Positions 1 through 9,165 are shown, counted from the stretch's first letter. The stretch is 48,012 bases of DNA from a virus (IMGVR_UViG_3300020045_005404:1-48012); one strand, 5' to 3'. Numbers and translations: made by a program. Notes: generated by a model from the letters alone, not told the origin.

Positions 1-223
1 AGCAGCGAGGTCAGCAGCGGAGTCAGCGAGGTCAGCAGCGTGGTCAGCGTGGTCAGCAGCGGAGTCAGCGTGGTCAGCGGAGTCAGCAGCGGAGTCAGCG
101 AGGTCAGCAGCGTGGTCAGCGTGGTCAGCAGCGTGGTCAGCGGAGTCAGCAGCGGAGTCAGCGAGGTCAGCAGCGTGGTCAGCGGAGTCAACAGAGTCAG
201 CAGCGGAGTCAGAAGCGAGGTCA
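1..223 (+). repeat. Coding tandem repeat of 9/12-bp units TCA(GCA)GCG[AGG/TGG/GAG]
   Basis: Directly visible; encodes SA(A)[R/W/E]. Confidence 0.97.
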
Positions 224-277
224 AATCATTATATTTGGATGCGCGATACGTTATTCAATCTAATCGAAACAAATTAA
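2..277 (+). CDS. C-terminal part of the SAAR/SAAW/SAAE-repeat protein (continues the gene starting at 43474)
   Basis: Frame 2 reads AARSAAESARSAAWSA...EARSNHYIWMRDTLFNLIETN* (TAA 275-277); same peptide register as the repeat at 43921-44020. Confidence 0.85.
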   Translation, partial: AARSAAESARSAAWSAWSAAESAWSAESAAESARSAAWSAWSAAWSAESAAESARSAAWSAESTESAAESEARSNHYIWMRDTLFNLIETN

Positions 278-281
278 CCCA

Positions 282-419
282 ATGACCGCAAAACTACACC
301 AAGCAACCCAAACCGCATTACTGATAGTAGCGATACTTTGCGCAGTCATTGCAAGCATAGGCTTCTACTCTTTATACTTCCCTTTGGAATGGTTTGATGA
401 ATTGATTAGGAAAATTTAA
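282..419 (+). CDS. Small membrane protein (45 aa, not in ORF track)
   Basis: MTAKLHQATQTALLIVAILCAVIASIGFYSLYFPLEWFDELIRKI; one hydrophobic helix; fills the gap. Confidence 0.6.
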   Translation: MTAKLHQATQTALLIVAILCAVIASIGFYSLYFPLEWFDELIRKI

Positions 420-442
420 TTATAACTTTAAATAAAAACAAA

Positions 443-703
443 ATGAAATCAGAAGAAAGAAAAAAATGGGCAGATTACGCAGCGAAAATTAACGGTAAGT
501 TGGCGGAAATATTTGACGAAAATGATGATTTTTATATCGACCCTAACGAAATGGATGTTACGGAATTTTTTCACGCATTAAGCACCGTTGCGCCTTGTCA
601 CATTTTTAATAAATTTACAGGGCAGAATAAAAACCATTTGGAATTTAATCACCTTGCAAATCAATTGTGCTTTCAATATTTGGGAGGCGTTGACGAGGAA
701 TAA
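443..703 (+). CDS. Hypothetical protein
   Basis: 86-aa ORF with A-rich leader. Confidence 0.75.
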   Translation: MKSEERKKWADYAAKINGKLAEIFDENDDFYIDPNEMDVTEFFHALSTVAPCHIFNKFTGQNKNHLEFNHLANQLCFQYLGGVDEE

Positions 704-769
704 AATTTCTCCCTACACCCACACGAGATAGTAGAGCATTTATAATTTGCCGTTCTACATATTTTTTAC

Positions 770-861
770 TATATTTACAAAAGCGCAGTAAGGCACGCTA
801 AACTAAAACATTATAATTCCGTCTTGTTTGATTCAGCCTTACGAATCTGCAAGGCGGTTTT
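770..861 (+). promoter_or_regulatory. Structured leader A (promoter-like box, loop-loop pairing, terminator-like hairpin)
   Basis: TATATTTA 770-777; GTAAGGC 788-794 complementary to GCCTTAC 836-842 in the loop of hairpin 819-857; T tract follows. Confidence 0.7.
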
Positions 862-875
862 AAATTTTATAGATT

Positions 876-1415
876 ATGGAAAAAGAAAAAACACCGTGGA
901 GAAAAAATCTCGACAAACGGTACATAAGCGGAGAAGATTTGCTTATGGGAGAAGAAATGGGAAAAGGATTGCGTAAAGAAATGCACGTTACCTTGGCTAA
1001 GTACGAGGACAGTCCAGCTTTTGACCAAAAAAAACAGGAAGAGGTAAATAAGACGGCTATTTGGCTAAAGGAATATCCAAGCGGAAAACTTATTTACAAG
1101 CCCGCATTATTGAACGTGATTAACGGATCATTCCTATCGAAAGAAATAGGAAACGACTCTTTATTTTTAGAGGACTTCGACACTAATAAGCCAGTCACTC
1201 TTTATGCATGTCCAGACAAAAGACACGGACATGTTGCCCGTTTTAAGAAATACATTGCGCCAAATGCCGAAAGTGACAAAGAGCCGATTATCAAGTTGGA
1301 AACATCCAAGTCATTAGCTGAACTAAAAACTAATTGGGATTCTTTGAATGACAATCAAAAGTTATTGCCAACCGTTATCGCCAAAAAAGAACTTCTTAAA
1401 ACCACATTGATATAA
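876..1415 (+). CDS. Recombination-module protein, putative ssDNA-annealing/binding partner of the YqaJ-like nuclease
   Basis: Directly upstream of the YqaJ-like gene; N-terminus resembles the 46133-46639 ORF in the same context. Confidence 0.5.
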   Translation: MEKEKTPWRKNLDKRYISGEDLLMGEEMGKGLRKEMHVTLAKYEDSPAFDQKKQEEVNKTAIWLKEYPSGKLIYKPALLNVINGSFLSKEIGNDSLFLEDFDTNKPVTLYACPDKRHGHVARFKKYIAPNAESDKEPIIKLETSKSLAELKTNWDSLNDNQKLLPTVIAKKELLKTTLI

Positions 1416-2119
1416 TGGTAGCGCATTTTGGAATTGACCAAGGTACAGAAGAATGGTTTAAAATGAAATGGGGTAAAATAGGAGGTTCTTTATCTAAAGG
1501 ATTGTTCGTTGATACCGATACGCTATTGCTTCAAATGATTGTCGAGCATACAGAAGATATTGATTTGGATTACGATAGCTACACTTCACAGGATATGCAA
1601 CGGGGGAACGAACTTGAACCGCTTGGTCGTTCGAGATTATCGGAATACCTTGGCGTGTCGCTTTTAAATTGCGGGTGGTTGGAATGTGAAGAAAATACGT
1701 TATTGGGTATTTCCCCTGACGGAATAACCGCAGACTTTAAAGTGAGCGCAGAAATTAAATGCCCAGCAGGTAAACGGCATATTTCAACGTGCAGGGAAAA
1801 CGAGATACCAAAAGACAACATACACCAATGCGTGCATTATTTTACAGTTAATCCGCATTTAGAGCGTCATTATTTTATGTCATTCAGGCCTGAAAGCATC
1901 AAGCCTATGTTCGTGAAGGAACTGACACGTTCTTCGTTAGTTGATTTGGGATTTACTAAAAAAGGTAAGATTAAAGAAGACCGAGGATTGGGTGTTAAGG
2001 AATACGTTAGCACAGAACCCGACTTAAGAACGGTTGCGGAATGGGTAGCAATATCCAAAGCAAACGCCACGAAACTAAAAGAAAATATAACAAAAGAAAT
2101 CGAACTATTAAAATTTTAA
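1415..2119 (+). CDS. YqaJ/lambda-exonuclease-like recombinase
   Basis: QGTEEW, MQRGNELEP, ISPDG, EIKCP and Q motifs. Confidence 0.85.
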   Translation: MVAHFGIDQGTEEWFKMKWGKIGGSLSKGLFVDTDTLLLQMIVEHTEDIDLDYDSYTSQDMQRGNELEPLGRSRLSEYLGVSLLNCGWLECEENTLLGISPDGITADFKVSAEIKCPAGKRHISTCRENEIPKDNIHQCVHYFTVNPHLERHYFMSFRPESIKPMFVKELTRSSLVDLGFTKKGKIKEDRGLGVKEYVSTEPDLRTVAEWVAISKANATKLKENITKEIELLKF

Positions 2120-2122
2120 ATT

Positions 2123-2407
2123 ATGGAATTCTCAGGTAAAGTAAAATCAATCAGCGCAGAACAACAAGTTAGCGCATCATTCAAAAAACGTGAATTGGTA
2201 GTCACAACCGACGAACAATATCCGCAGTCAATTCTCGTTGAATTCGTACAGGACAAGTGCGACTTGCTTAACGATATTTCAATCGGTCAGGATGTGAAAG
2301 TACACATCAATCTCGGAGGCAGAGAATGGGTTAATCCGCAAGGGGAAACTAAATATTTTAATTCAATTAAGGGTTGGAAGATTGAGAAAATAGGAAGCGG
2401 TTTCTAA
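2123..2407 (+). CDS. DUF3127-family (SSB-like) protein
   Basis: FKKRELVVTTDEQYPQ...GREW...YFNSIKGWKI pattern. Confidence 0.85.
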   Translation: MEFSGKVKSISAEQQVSASFKKRELVVTTDEQYPQSILVEFVQDKCDLLNDISIGQDVKVHINLGGREWVNPQGETKYFNSIKGWKIEKIGSGF

Positions 2408-2736
2408 TGTCAATCCCATCTAAAATAAACAGCCTGTCCTACGTTGAGTTTCCGAATGAAACCCCTAACGGAATACAGGCTTTAATAAATGAGTTGGAAC
2501 GCATAAAGCACAATCCTAACAAACAGCACTTGGCTGCGGTTAATATCTGCGCACAACACTTGGCAAAAGCAACCGTTATTGAGCGTTTCGAGCGTATAAA
2601 AGGTGTTTATTACAATTACGACAAGCGACTCTGGTATGCCGAGAAAATGACTAAAGGCAAGTTAAAGGTTATAAAATATTCCGCAAATCGCAACGAGGTT
2701 ATTTCAGCTTATCAGGAATATGTTAGAAACCATTAA
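2407..2736 (+). CDS. Hypothetical protein, possible AP2-like C-terminus
   Basis: KGVYYNYDKRLWYA resembles the AP2 beta-sheet start; TAATG coupling to upstream gene. Confidence 0.55.
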   Translation: MSIPSKINSLSYVEFPNETPNGIQALINELERIKHNPNKQHLAAVNICAQHLAKATVIERFERIKGVYYNYDKRLWYAEKMTKGKLKVIKYSANRNEVISAYQEYVRNH

Positions 2737-2860
2737 CCTATACCACAACCTCCGATACAACGAGCCAATACTTTACACCGATGTTGTCAGCGAGTGGTTG
2801 ATTGCTAAGTGTTGGTTGGAATATTGGGGATTTTATTTTGTTATAATCGATTAATTTTCA

Positions 2861-2935
2861 TATATTTATGTTCTCTCTGACCAAAGCAAAAACATTAAAT
2901 ACGGTCCAAAACTTAGAGAGGTTTTGGACTTTTTT
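2861..2935 (+). promoter_or_regulatory. Structured leader B
   Basis: TATATTTA; CTCTCTGA 2873-2880 pairs with loop TTAGAGAG 2913-2920 of hairpin GTCCAAAAC/GTTTTGGAC; T tract; ATG at 2939. Confidence 0.72.
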
Positions 2936-2938
2936 ATT

Positions 2939-4579
2939 ATGAAAAAATACACTCTTTACAATTACCAAGATAAAATGGTAAATGATACTTTCGAAAAATT
3001 AGAACCTTTTGAGTCGGTCCTAAATCAATCCGCAACAGGCTCAGGTAAAACAGTTATAATGTCGGAGTTCATAAAACGTTGGTTGGTCCTAAATCCAAAT
3101 AAAAAAGTATTGGTTTCGGTACATCGTGACGAACTTGTAAATCAAACATCTGACACGTTAGCTGAGTTTGGAATATTCAACGAAAAGATAACCCAAAAAT
3201 CAAAACCGACTTGGACCGCTGATGTTTACGTTGGAATGACTCAAACAATATGGAGTCGTAAATTATCACTAAATATCGGACTTCTTGTTATTGACGAAGC
3301 ACATGAACAGGTCCATGTAAAATCTTTTTCATTATTCGAAAATGCAAAGCGTGTAGGATTTACCGCAACCCCAATAATAAATAAACGGATTACATATTAC
3401 GAATGCGAGTACTGCAATAAACGGCACGAAACACGTGAGGTGTGCTGCTACAACGAAAAGGCTGAAAAATGGTCCGCTCCTGTTGTTATGGCTCAAACAT
3501 ACGATACTATAAATATTGGTCCGCCAATAAAACAATTGATTGATGAAGGTGCATTAGTTGATGAGGTTGTATATTGTTACGACTATTATTCAAGTCTAAA
3601 AGCAAAAGAGAATGATGATTTCGATGAGAATGAGATTGCCGAGGAATCAGTAAAGCACGATCTAAATGTTTTGGATGAATATAAAGAAAAAGCTTTAGGA
3701 AAAAAGACAATGATTTTTACAGCATCGACAAAGCAAAATATTTCTTTGGTCCAAACATTCTCGGAATATCCTATTAAATCTTACGACTCTGTAAACAATG
3801 ATACGTCGGAACGTAAAGATGTGGTCCAATGGTTTAAAGATACAGAAGGTGCGATACTTGTGTCAACAGGAACGTTTACAACAGGTTTCGATGTTCGTGA
3901 GGTTGAGTGCATTATTATCAACCGTCCGACAAAATCACTTTCATTATTTCATCAAATTGTTGGGCGTGGCGCAAGGACGGTAAAAGACGGGATGTTTAAA
4001 GACCATTTTATATTAATTGATTTAGGTGGCAATGTTGCCCGATTAGGTAAGTGGTCAGATCCGATTGATTGGCAGAAGATTTTCTTTATTGGATTAAACC
4101 CAGCACGCAAAAAAAAGGAAATTATTATACAATGTGACGAATGCGGTTTTAATTGGCTTGGACAAAACAAAGAACCGTGTCCGGACTGCGGCCACACGAA
4201 CCAAGTTATAAAAAAAGAACAGGCGTTAACGCTTTTCGATACTCCAGAATTAGAAGTGGTCCAAAAGAAAACGATGCTTGTTTCGAAAATCCCTATGCCG
4301 GACGGTAAAAAGATAATGGAATATGTTAGACGCACTACAAATAATAAGAACGATTACTTTAAATTGTTAATCGATAAGTATGTTGATTTATGGAAATTGA
4401 ACGGAGTGCCAAAAGAAAAGTTTGAATTAAGGAAAAGACAAAACACGGTGCGTATAAAAATCATGTCTTATCTTAAGACTCGTTATGCTTTTTGCAACAG
4501 TTTACAGTTTGGAGTTCCTCGGACCTACGAATATTTGATAGGAAAAATAGTCGAAAAATTAGAAGCAATATATAAGTGA
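2939..4579 (+). CDS. SF2 DEAH-type helicase with Zn ribbons
   Basis: ATGSGKT, DEAH, FTATP, TGFD, QIVGRGAR; CxxC pairs; ATG 2939 preferred over TTG 2924. Confidence 0.92.
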   Translation: MKKYTLYNYQDKMVNDTFEKLEPFESVLNQSATGSGKTVIMSEFIKRWLVLNPNKKVLVSVHRDELVNQTSDTLAEFGIFNEKITQKSKPTWTADVYVGMTQTIWSRKLSLNIGLLVIDEAHEQVHVKSFSLFENAKRVGFTATPIINKRITYYECEYCNKRHETREVCCYNEKAEKWSAPVVMAQTYDTINIGPPIKQLIDEGALVDEVVYCYDYYSSLKAKENDDFDENEIAEESVKHDLNVLDEYKEKALGKKTMIFTASTKQNISLVQTFSEYPIKSYDSVNNDTSERKDVVQWFKDTEGAILVSTGTFTTGFDVREVECIIINRPTKSLSLFHQIVGRGARTVKDGMFKDHFILIDLGGNVARLGKWSDPIDWQKIFFIGLNPARKKKEIIIQCDECGFNWLGQNKEPCPDCGHTNQVIKKEQALTLFDTPELEVVQKKTMLVSKIPMPDGKKIMEYVRRTTNNKNDYFKLLIDKYVDLWKLNGVPKEKFELRKRQNTVRIKIMSYLKTRYAFCNSLQFGVPRTYEYLIGKIVEKLEAIYK

Positions 4580-4595
4580 CACATCGTAATTTAAT

Positions 4596-4622
4596 AAAAC
4601 CCCAATAAAATGGGGTTTTTTT
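4596..4622 (+). terminator. Intrinsic terminator
   Basis: AAAACCCCA-ataaaa-TGGGGTTTT plus T tract. Confidence 0.7.
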
Positions 4623-4841
4623 GTTTTTATCCCCGTGCGTTATCGCAAAAAAAGTGGTCCAACTCCCTATATAAAAAAATGCACTTTTCTAAAAAACACG
4701 TTTTTTTTAATCAGCAACCAAAAATTAAACGACAATACGACACTTTTTTAAAACTTTCCTTATTTTACAATACTTTAAGCGTGTTTTATACCGTGTCTTA
4801 TCTTTTATTGTAATTTTATTTGGATATTACACATAAAGCAC

Positions 4842-4934
4842 TATCTTTGCTTCACTCTCTGAATCTACAAAAGCATTATACTAAATCCTTTAATGATACG
4901 GAAGTCAGAGAGCCGTTGATTTAAGGGATTTTTT
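4842..4934 (+). promoter_or_regulatory. Structured leader C
   Basis: TATCTTTG promoter; CTCTCTGA 4855-4862 complementary to TCAGAGAG 4905-4912 in the loop of hairpin AAATCCTTTAA/TTAAGGGATTT; T tract. Confidence 0.75.
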
Positions 4935-4954
4935 ATTTTATACAACCAAACAAA

Positions 4955-7303
4955 ATGACCAACCCAATAGTTTCAATATTTAAAAAAGTAAACGAGCCGA
5001 ACAGTCCGTTTCAAAAAAACGTATTGTATTGCTTGGACCGTATAAGGTCAGGTAAGTCTAAAGACCTTGTAGAGCAATTACGGAAAATGTCTGATGAAGA
5101 TTATGCAAAGAACAAATCAAAATTGCCAGGTTGCTGCTTCAATGGGAAATTCTCCAATAGAGCAGCAAGTGGATTGATTGAGCACTCAGGATTGATTATA
5201 CTTGATTTTGATAAGTTTGATACCAAAGAAGACGCACGTAATTTTAAAGACTCTATTATGTCCGATGAATTTGTTTTTTCAACTTGGATTTCGCCAAGCG
5301 AAAAAGGCGTTAAAGTTTTGGTTAAAATACCAGCGGTTGAAAAAAACCATAAAGCGTATTTCCTTGCTCTTGAAAAATATTACAAGTCACCTAATTGGGA
5401 TGAATCAGGAAAGGACGTTTCTCGTTTCTGTTTTGAGTCTTACGATCCTGACATTTATGTAAACCATGATTCAAGTGTTTGGATTGAAATGGAAGAGCCA
5501 AATATTGAGGATGTCGGAACTTTTGAGCCTGTGGTTCGTATGACCTCTGAAAACCAAATTATTGAAAAGTTGTTGGTTTGGTGGGAGAAAAAATATGGTA
5601 TGACTATGGGGAAAAAGAATACAAACCTTTACATACTCGCTTCGGCTTTTTATGATTTTGGAATATCTAAAAACGATGCATTGCACGAATGCTTAAAGTT
5701 TAACTCAGGAGGCAAGGATAAGGAAATTGAGTCTATTGTTAAAAGCTCATACAATAAAAATACACCAGCCGGTACAAAACATTTTGAGGACCATGAAACA
5801 AGAGAAAAGGTTGAAAAGCTAATCCGGTCCGGTAAATCAAAAAAAGATATTCAAAGCGTTTTTAAAGATGTTAATTTAGATGCTCTAAAAGAAAATTTAG
5901 ACATCGATGAATTTTGGTATTATAACGACAAAGGAAAAATAATTTTGTCAACTCATAAGTATAAGTTCTGGTTGGAGCAAAAGAATTTCTTTAAATATTA
6001 TCCAAGCGAAAACAGCGGAACGTTTACTTTCATAAAAAAGGACCAAAACCTGTTGGAAGAAACAAACGATAAAAGGATAAAAGATTTTGTTTTAAATAAT
6101 ATTTTGGAACGTGAGAATGTCGGTTACGGTCCTTATGATTTCATGGCCTCGAATACAGGATATTTTAAGCCTGATTTTCTTTCAATGCTTTCGACTACTG
6201 ACGTAAAAATAAAAGAAGACACGGCAACAGATTGTTATCTTTATTATTCGAATTGCGTTGTAAAGGTTACAAAGTCAGAAATAACCGAAATTGATTACAT
6301 CGATGTTGATGGCTATATTTGGAAACGACAAATAATAAAAAGGGAATTTAAAAAATCGGATCACCACGATGCCGAATTTCGTAAATTCATTTGGCTTATC
6401 TCAGGAAAGGACGTTAAGAAGTACAATAGTTTTAAATCTGTTATTGGTTACTTATTGCACTCATTTAAAACATCAGCTAATAATAGAGCCGTAATTTTTA
6501 ATGACGAAACAATTTCAGAGAACCCAAATGGCGGCAGCGGAAAAGGTTTGTTTTGGAATGCTTTAAAGAATATGAAAAAGGTTGCCTCAATCGACGGAAA
6601 GACTTTCGAATTTACTAAATCATTCCCATATCAAACCGTTTCAACTGACACCCAGCTTTTAGTATTTGACGACGTTAAAAAGAATTTTTCTTTTGAAAGT
6701 CTGTTTTCGCTTATTACGGAAGGCATAACATTGGAGTACAAAGGACAAGACGCTATTTCTATTCCGGTTGAAAAGTCACCGAAAATATTGATAACGACAA
6801 ACTACACTTTGGGAGGTTTGGGCGGATCACATGAAAGAAGAAAGTTCGAAGTTGAAATGTCGGCTTACTTTAACTTTAAACATACACCGCTTGATGAATT
6901 TGGTCATATGCTTTTTTCTGATTGGACCGATGATGAATGGTTGCGTTTTGATAATTATATGATTAATTGCGTTCAGTTCTATTTGGAAAATGGATTGGTT
7001 AAACATGATTTTAATAATTTGGAGGTCCGTAAGTTTATTAAGGAAACTTCTTTTGAGTTCTTTGAGTGGTCCGCCGATAATGAAAACATTCCAAAAAACA
7101 TAAGGTTGGATAAAGGTGAAAAGTTTGCCCAATTCACGAATGATTACCAAGATTTTAAAAAGTGGCTATCACAAAAAAAGTTTACACAATGGCTTGAAAC
7201 TTTTGGAAAATATTACAAACTTGATACGCAACAAGGGAGGACTCATTCGAGTCGTTGGATAAGCTTTGGACCGACCGAAGATGAATCAGATATACCGTTT
7301 TAA
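4955..7303 (+). CDS. Primase-helicase (BT4734/VirE-N-like N-terminus, PriCT-like middle, P-loop NTPase C-terminus)
   Basis: HSGLIILDFD, WISPS..GVK, DVSRFCFESYDP; GGSGKG Walker A, LLVFDD Walker B; acidic DIPF tail. Confidence 0.85.
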   Translation: MTNPIVSIFKKVNEPNSPFQKNVLYCLDRIRSGKSKDLVEQLRKMSDEDYAKNKSKLPGCCFNGKFSNRAASGLIEHSGLIILDFDKFDTKEDARNFKDSIMSDEFVFSTWISPSEKGVKVLVKIPAVEKNHKAYFLALEKYYKSPNWDESGKDVSRFCFESYDPDIYVNHDSSVWIEMEEPNIEDVGTFEPVVRMTSENQIIEKLLVWWEKKYGMTMGKKNTNLYILASAFYDFGISKNDALHECLKFNSGGKDKEIESIVKSSYNKNTPAGTKHFEDHETREKVEKLIRSGKSKKDIQSVFKDVNLDALKENLDIDEFWYYNDKGKIILSTHKYKFWLEQKNFFKYYPSENSGTFTFIKKDQNLLEETNDKRIKDFVLNNILERENVGYGPYDFMASNTGYFKPDFLSMLSTTDVKIKEDTATDCYLYYSNCVVKVTKSEITEIDYIDVDGYIWKRQIIKREFKKSDHHDAEFRKFIWLISGKDVKKYNSFKSVIGYLLHSFKTSANNRAVIFNDETISENPNGGSGKGLFWNALKNMKKVASIDGKTFEFTKSFPYQTVSTDTQLLVFDDVKKNFSFESLFSLITEGITLEYKGQDAISIPVEKSPKILITTNYTLGGLGGSHERRKFEVEMSAYFNFKHTPLDEFGHMLFSDWTDDEWLRFDNYMINCVQFYLENGLVKHDFNNLEVRKFIKETSFEFFEWSADNENIPKNIRLDKGEKFAQFTNDYQDFKKWLSQKKFTQWLETFGKYYKLDTQQGRTHSSRWISFGPTEDESDIPF

Positions 7304-7305
7304 TT

Positions 7306-7629
7306 ATGAATAATATTGAGGATACTTTGCAGAAAGAAATTATTTGCTGGTTTAGGAATAATTTTGAAAGACACGGAAAAGGAATAATAGTTCCCGTTCC
7401 AAATGAGGCGGCTTATAAAAGAAAAGATATTGAAATTTGTAATGGTGCTCCAGACACAATTATAATATTAGGGCCACATACTTTTTTTGTTGAAAACAAA
7501 GCGCCTAAAGGAAATCAATCTCCGGACCAAGTTACATTTCAAAATATTGTTGAAAAACTTGGACATGACTATTACGTTTGTAAATCATTGGATCAATTCA
7601 AATTCATAATCGAAGGCTACTTAACTTAA
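7306..7629 (+). CDS. VRR-NUC domain nuclease
   Basis: E..LQ, VPNE, GAPD, FVENK, QSPDQ motifs. Confidence 0.85.
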   Translation: MNNIEDTLQKEIICWFRNNFERHGKGIIVPVPNEAAYKRKDIEICNGAPDTIIILGPHTFFVENKAPKGNQSPDQVTFQNIVEKLGHDYYVCKSLDQFKFIIEGYLT

Positions 7630-7641
7630 CACACTAAAACA

Positions 7642-7968
7642 ATGACCCACCAAAAACAAATCGAAAGCGCAAGGGAGTATTTAGCGACCATTGCAGACGA
7701 CGACCCGAGTTCCAATAAATTTGCATTTATTAAAAACGGACGCATAACCTTAAGCGTTGAGGAATTAGCCGAAACACTTTGCAACCACGTTCTGTATTTG
7801 GAAAGTATGGGGCGGATTAAATTCACGGCTAATCAGTATGCGGAAACTCCAGAGCCGAAGAATTCAAGATGCTGTGGACGGTGCGACGGAGTTCACGACA
7901 TTTGCGTAGGCGATACGGTTTGCGATACTCATAATGAAATGGGATGTGAAATCTGTTTTGGGAAATAA
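7642..7968 (+). CDS. Hypothetical protein with Cys-rich C-terminus
   Basis: CCGRCDGVHDIC...CDTH...CEIC. Confidence 0.7.
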   Translation: MTHQKQIESAREYLATIADDDPSSNKFAFIKNGRITLSVEELAETLCNHVLYLESMGRIKFTANQYAETPEPKNSRCCGRCDGVHDICVGDTVCDTHNEMGCEICFGK

Positions 7969-8198
7969 TGAGAGCCGGACAACGCCTACATCAAGGCAAA
8001 CCAATCCCCGACACAGCCGTAGTTCACGAAAGGAGAGGTCGCAGTTTCTACATATCCGCAATCATAGACACCCACACAACATCCTCCACAGTCCGAATAC
8101 GCTACATAGACAACGGGGAATTCGAAACAATAGGGTATAACGAGGCTAAGAATTACGGGGCGTTTTGTAGGGAGATAATTAAAATTAAGAAGAAATGA
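7968..8198 (+). CDS. Hypothetical protein
   Basis: Coupled to both neighbours (TAATG, ATGA). Confidence 0.6.
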   Translation: MRAGQRLHQGKPIPDTAVVHERRGRSFYISAIIDTHTTSSTVRIRYIDNGEFETIGYNEAKNYGAFCREIIKIKKK

Positions 8199-8530
8199 AG
8201 ATAGCATACATAGCACACCCAATCGGAGGTGACGTAAAAAACAACATCGACAAGGTTATTGAAATCTGTCGGGAAATAAACTTAACAGAACCAGATACCG
8301 TTCCGTTTGTTCCATACTTATCAGATTTATACGCATTGGATGATAATATTCCAAATGAGCGCAACAGAGGCATTAAAAACGGGTTGGCTATATTGGATTT
8401 TAATATAGTAAGTGAAGTTCGCTTATATGGCAATAAAATAAGTTTTGGGATGCGTCAGGAGATTAACAGAGCAATTAGAAACGGTGTTAAGGTAATTCCA
8501 ATGACTAAAGAAACAAAAGAACAATTATGA
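8195..8530 (+). CDS. DUF4406/nucleoside deoxyribosyltransferase-like fold protein
   Basis: AYIAHPIGG...ISFGMRQEI pattern. Confidence 0.6.
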   Translation: MKIAYIAHPIGGDVKNNIDKVIEICREINLTEPDTVPFVPYLSDLYALDDNIPNERNRGIKNGLAILDFNIVSEVRLYGNKISFGMRQEINRAIRNGVKVIPMTKETKEQL

Positions 8531-9165
8531 AAATCACAGAGAAGATTGAAATTACAAACGAGTGCAATATGCAATTGATGGCACGTTATCCAGATAATTA
8601 CTTTGATTTAGCTATTGTTGACCCGCCGTATGGTATTGAAATAAATATGAATATGGGGCGTAAAAAAGGAAAGAAAGCCCAACACGCTGTAAAAGATTGG
8701 GACAATGGTATTCCTGACGAAAAATACTTCAATGAATTATTTAGGGTTTCTAAGAATCAAATAATTTGGGGAGGAAACTATTTTCCATTACCGCTAACAA
8801 AGGCTTGGATATTTTGGGATAAACAAGTTCCTGAGGGCGTTTCTTTTGCAGACGGTGAGTTGGCTTGGACTTCTTTCGACAAAACACTTGTAAAGTTAAC
8901 AGTTCCGTATTCAGGTTTTCATGGTAGTGACCCAAACGGAAAAATACATCCAACTCAAAAACCTATAAAACTTTATAGAAATATTTTAGATAAATGGGGA
9001 GGAGAAGGTTTTAAAATCCTCGACACTCACCTCGGAAGTGGCAGTATTGCAATAGCCTGTCACGATTACGGATTTGAATTAACCGCTTGCGAACTAGATA
9101 CCGACTACTACAACGCAACAATCAAAAGAATCCAAAACCACGTTGCACAAACAAAACTATTCTAA
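8527..9165 (+). CDS. Orphan N4-C/N6-A DNA methyltransferase (beta class)
   Basis: DPPY, HPTQKP, DTHLGSGS. Confidence 0.92.
   Translation: MKITEKIEITNECNMQLMARYPDNYFDLAIVDPPYGIEINMNMGRKKGKKAQHAVKDWDNGIPDEKYFNELFRVSKNQIIWGGNYFPLPLTKAWIFWDKQVPEGVSFADGELAWTSFDKTLVKLTVPYSGFHGSDPNGKIHPTQKPIKLYRNILDKWGGEGFKILDTHLGSGSIAIACHDYGFELTACELDTDYYNATIKRIQNHVAQTKLF

Noticed and set aside
1-223. CRISPR array or DGR variable region
   Set aside because: Units are 9-12 bp with no unique spacers and are in-frame coding; no cas or reverse transcriptase gene is visible
40-285. ORF-track protein MVSVVSSGV...
   Set aside because: Alternative frame of the repeat; frame 2 continues the 43474 gene and has a plausible C-terminus
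4610-4813. 67-aa ORF between helicase and primase
   Set aside because: Starts inside a terminator hairpin and is made of homopolymer tracts; likely non-coding
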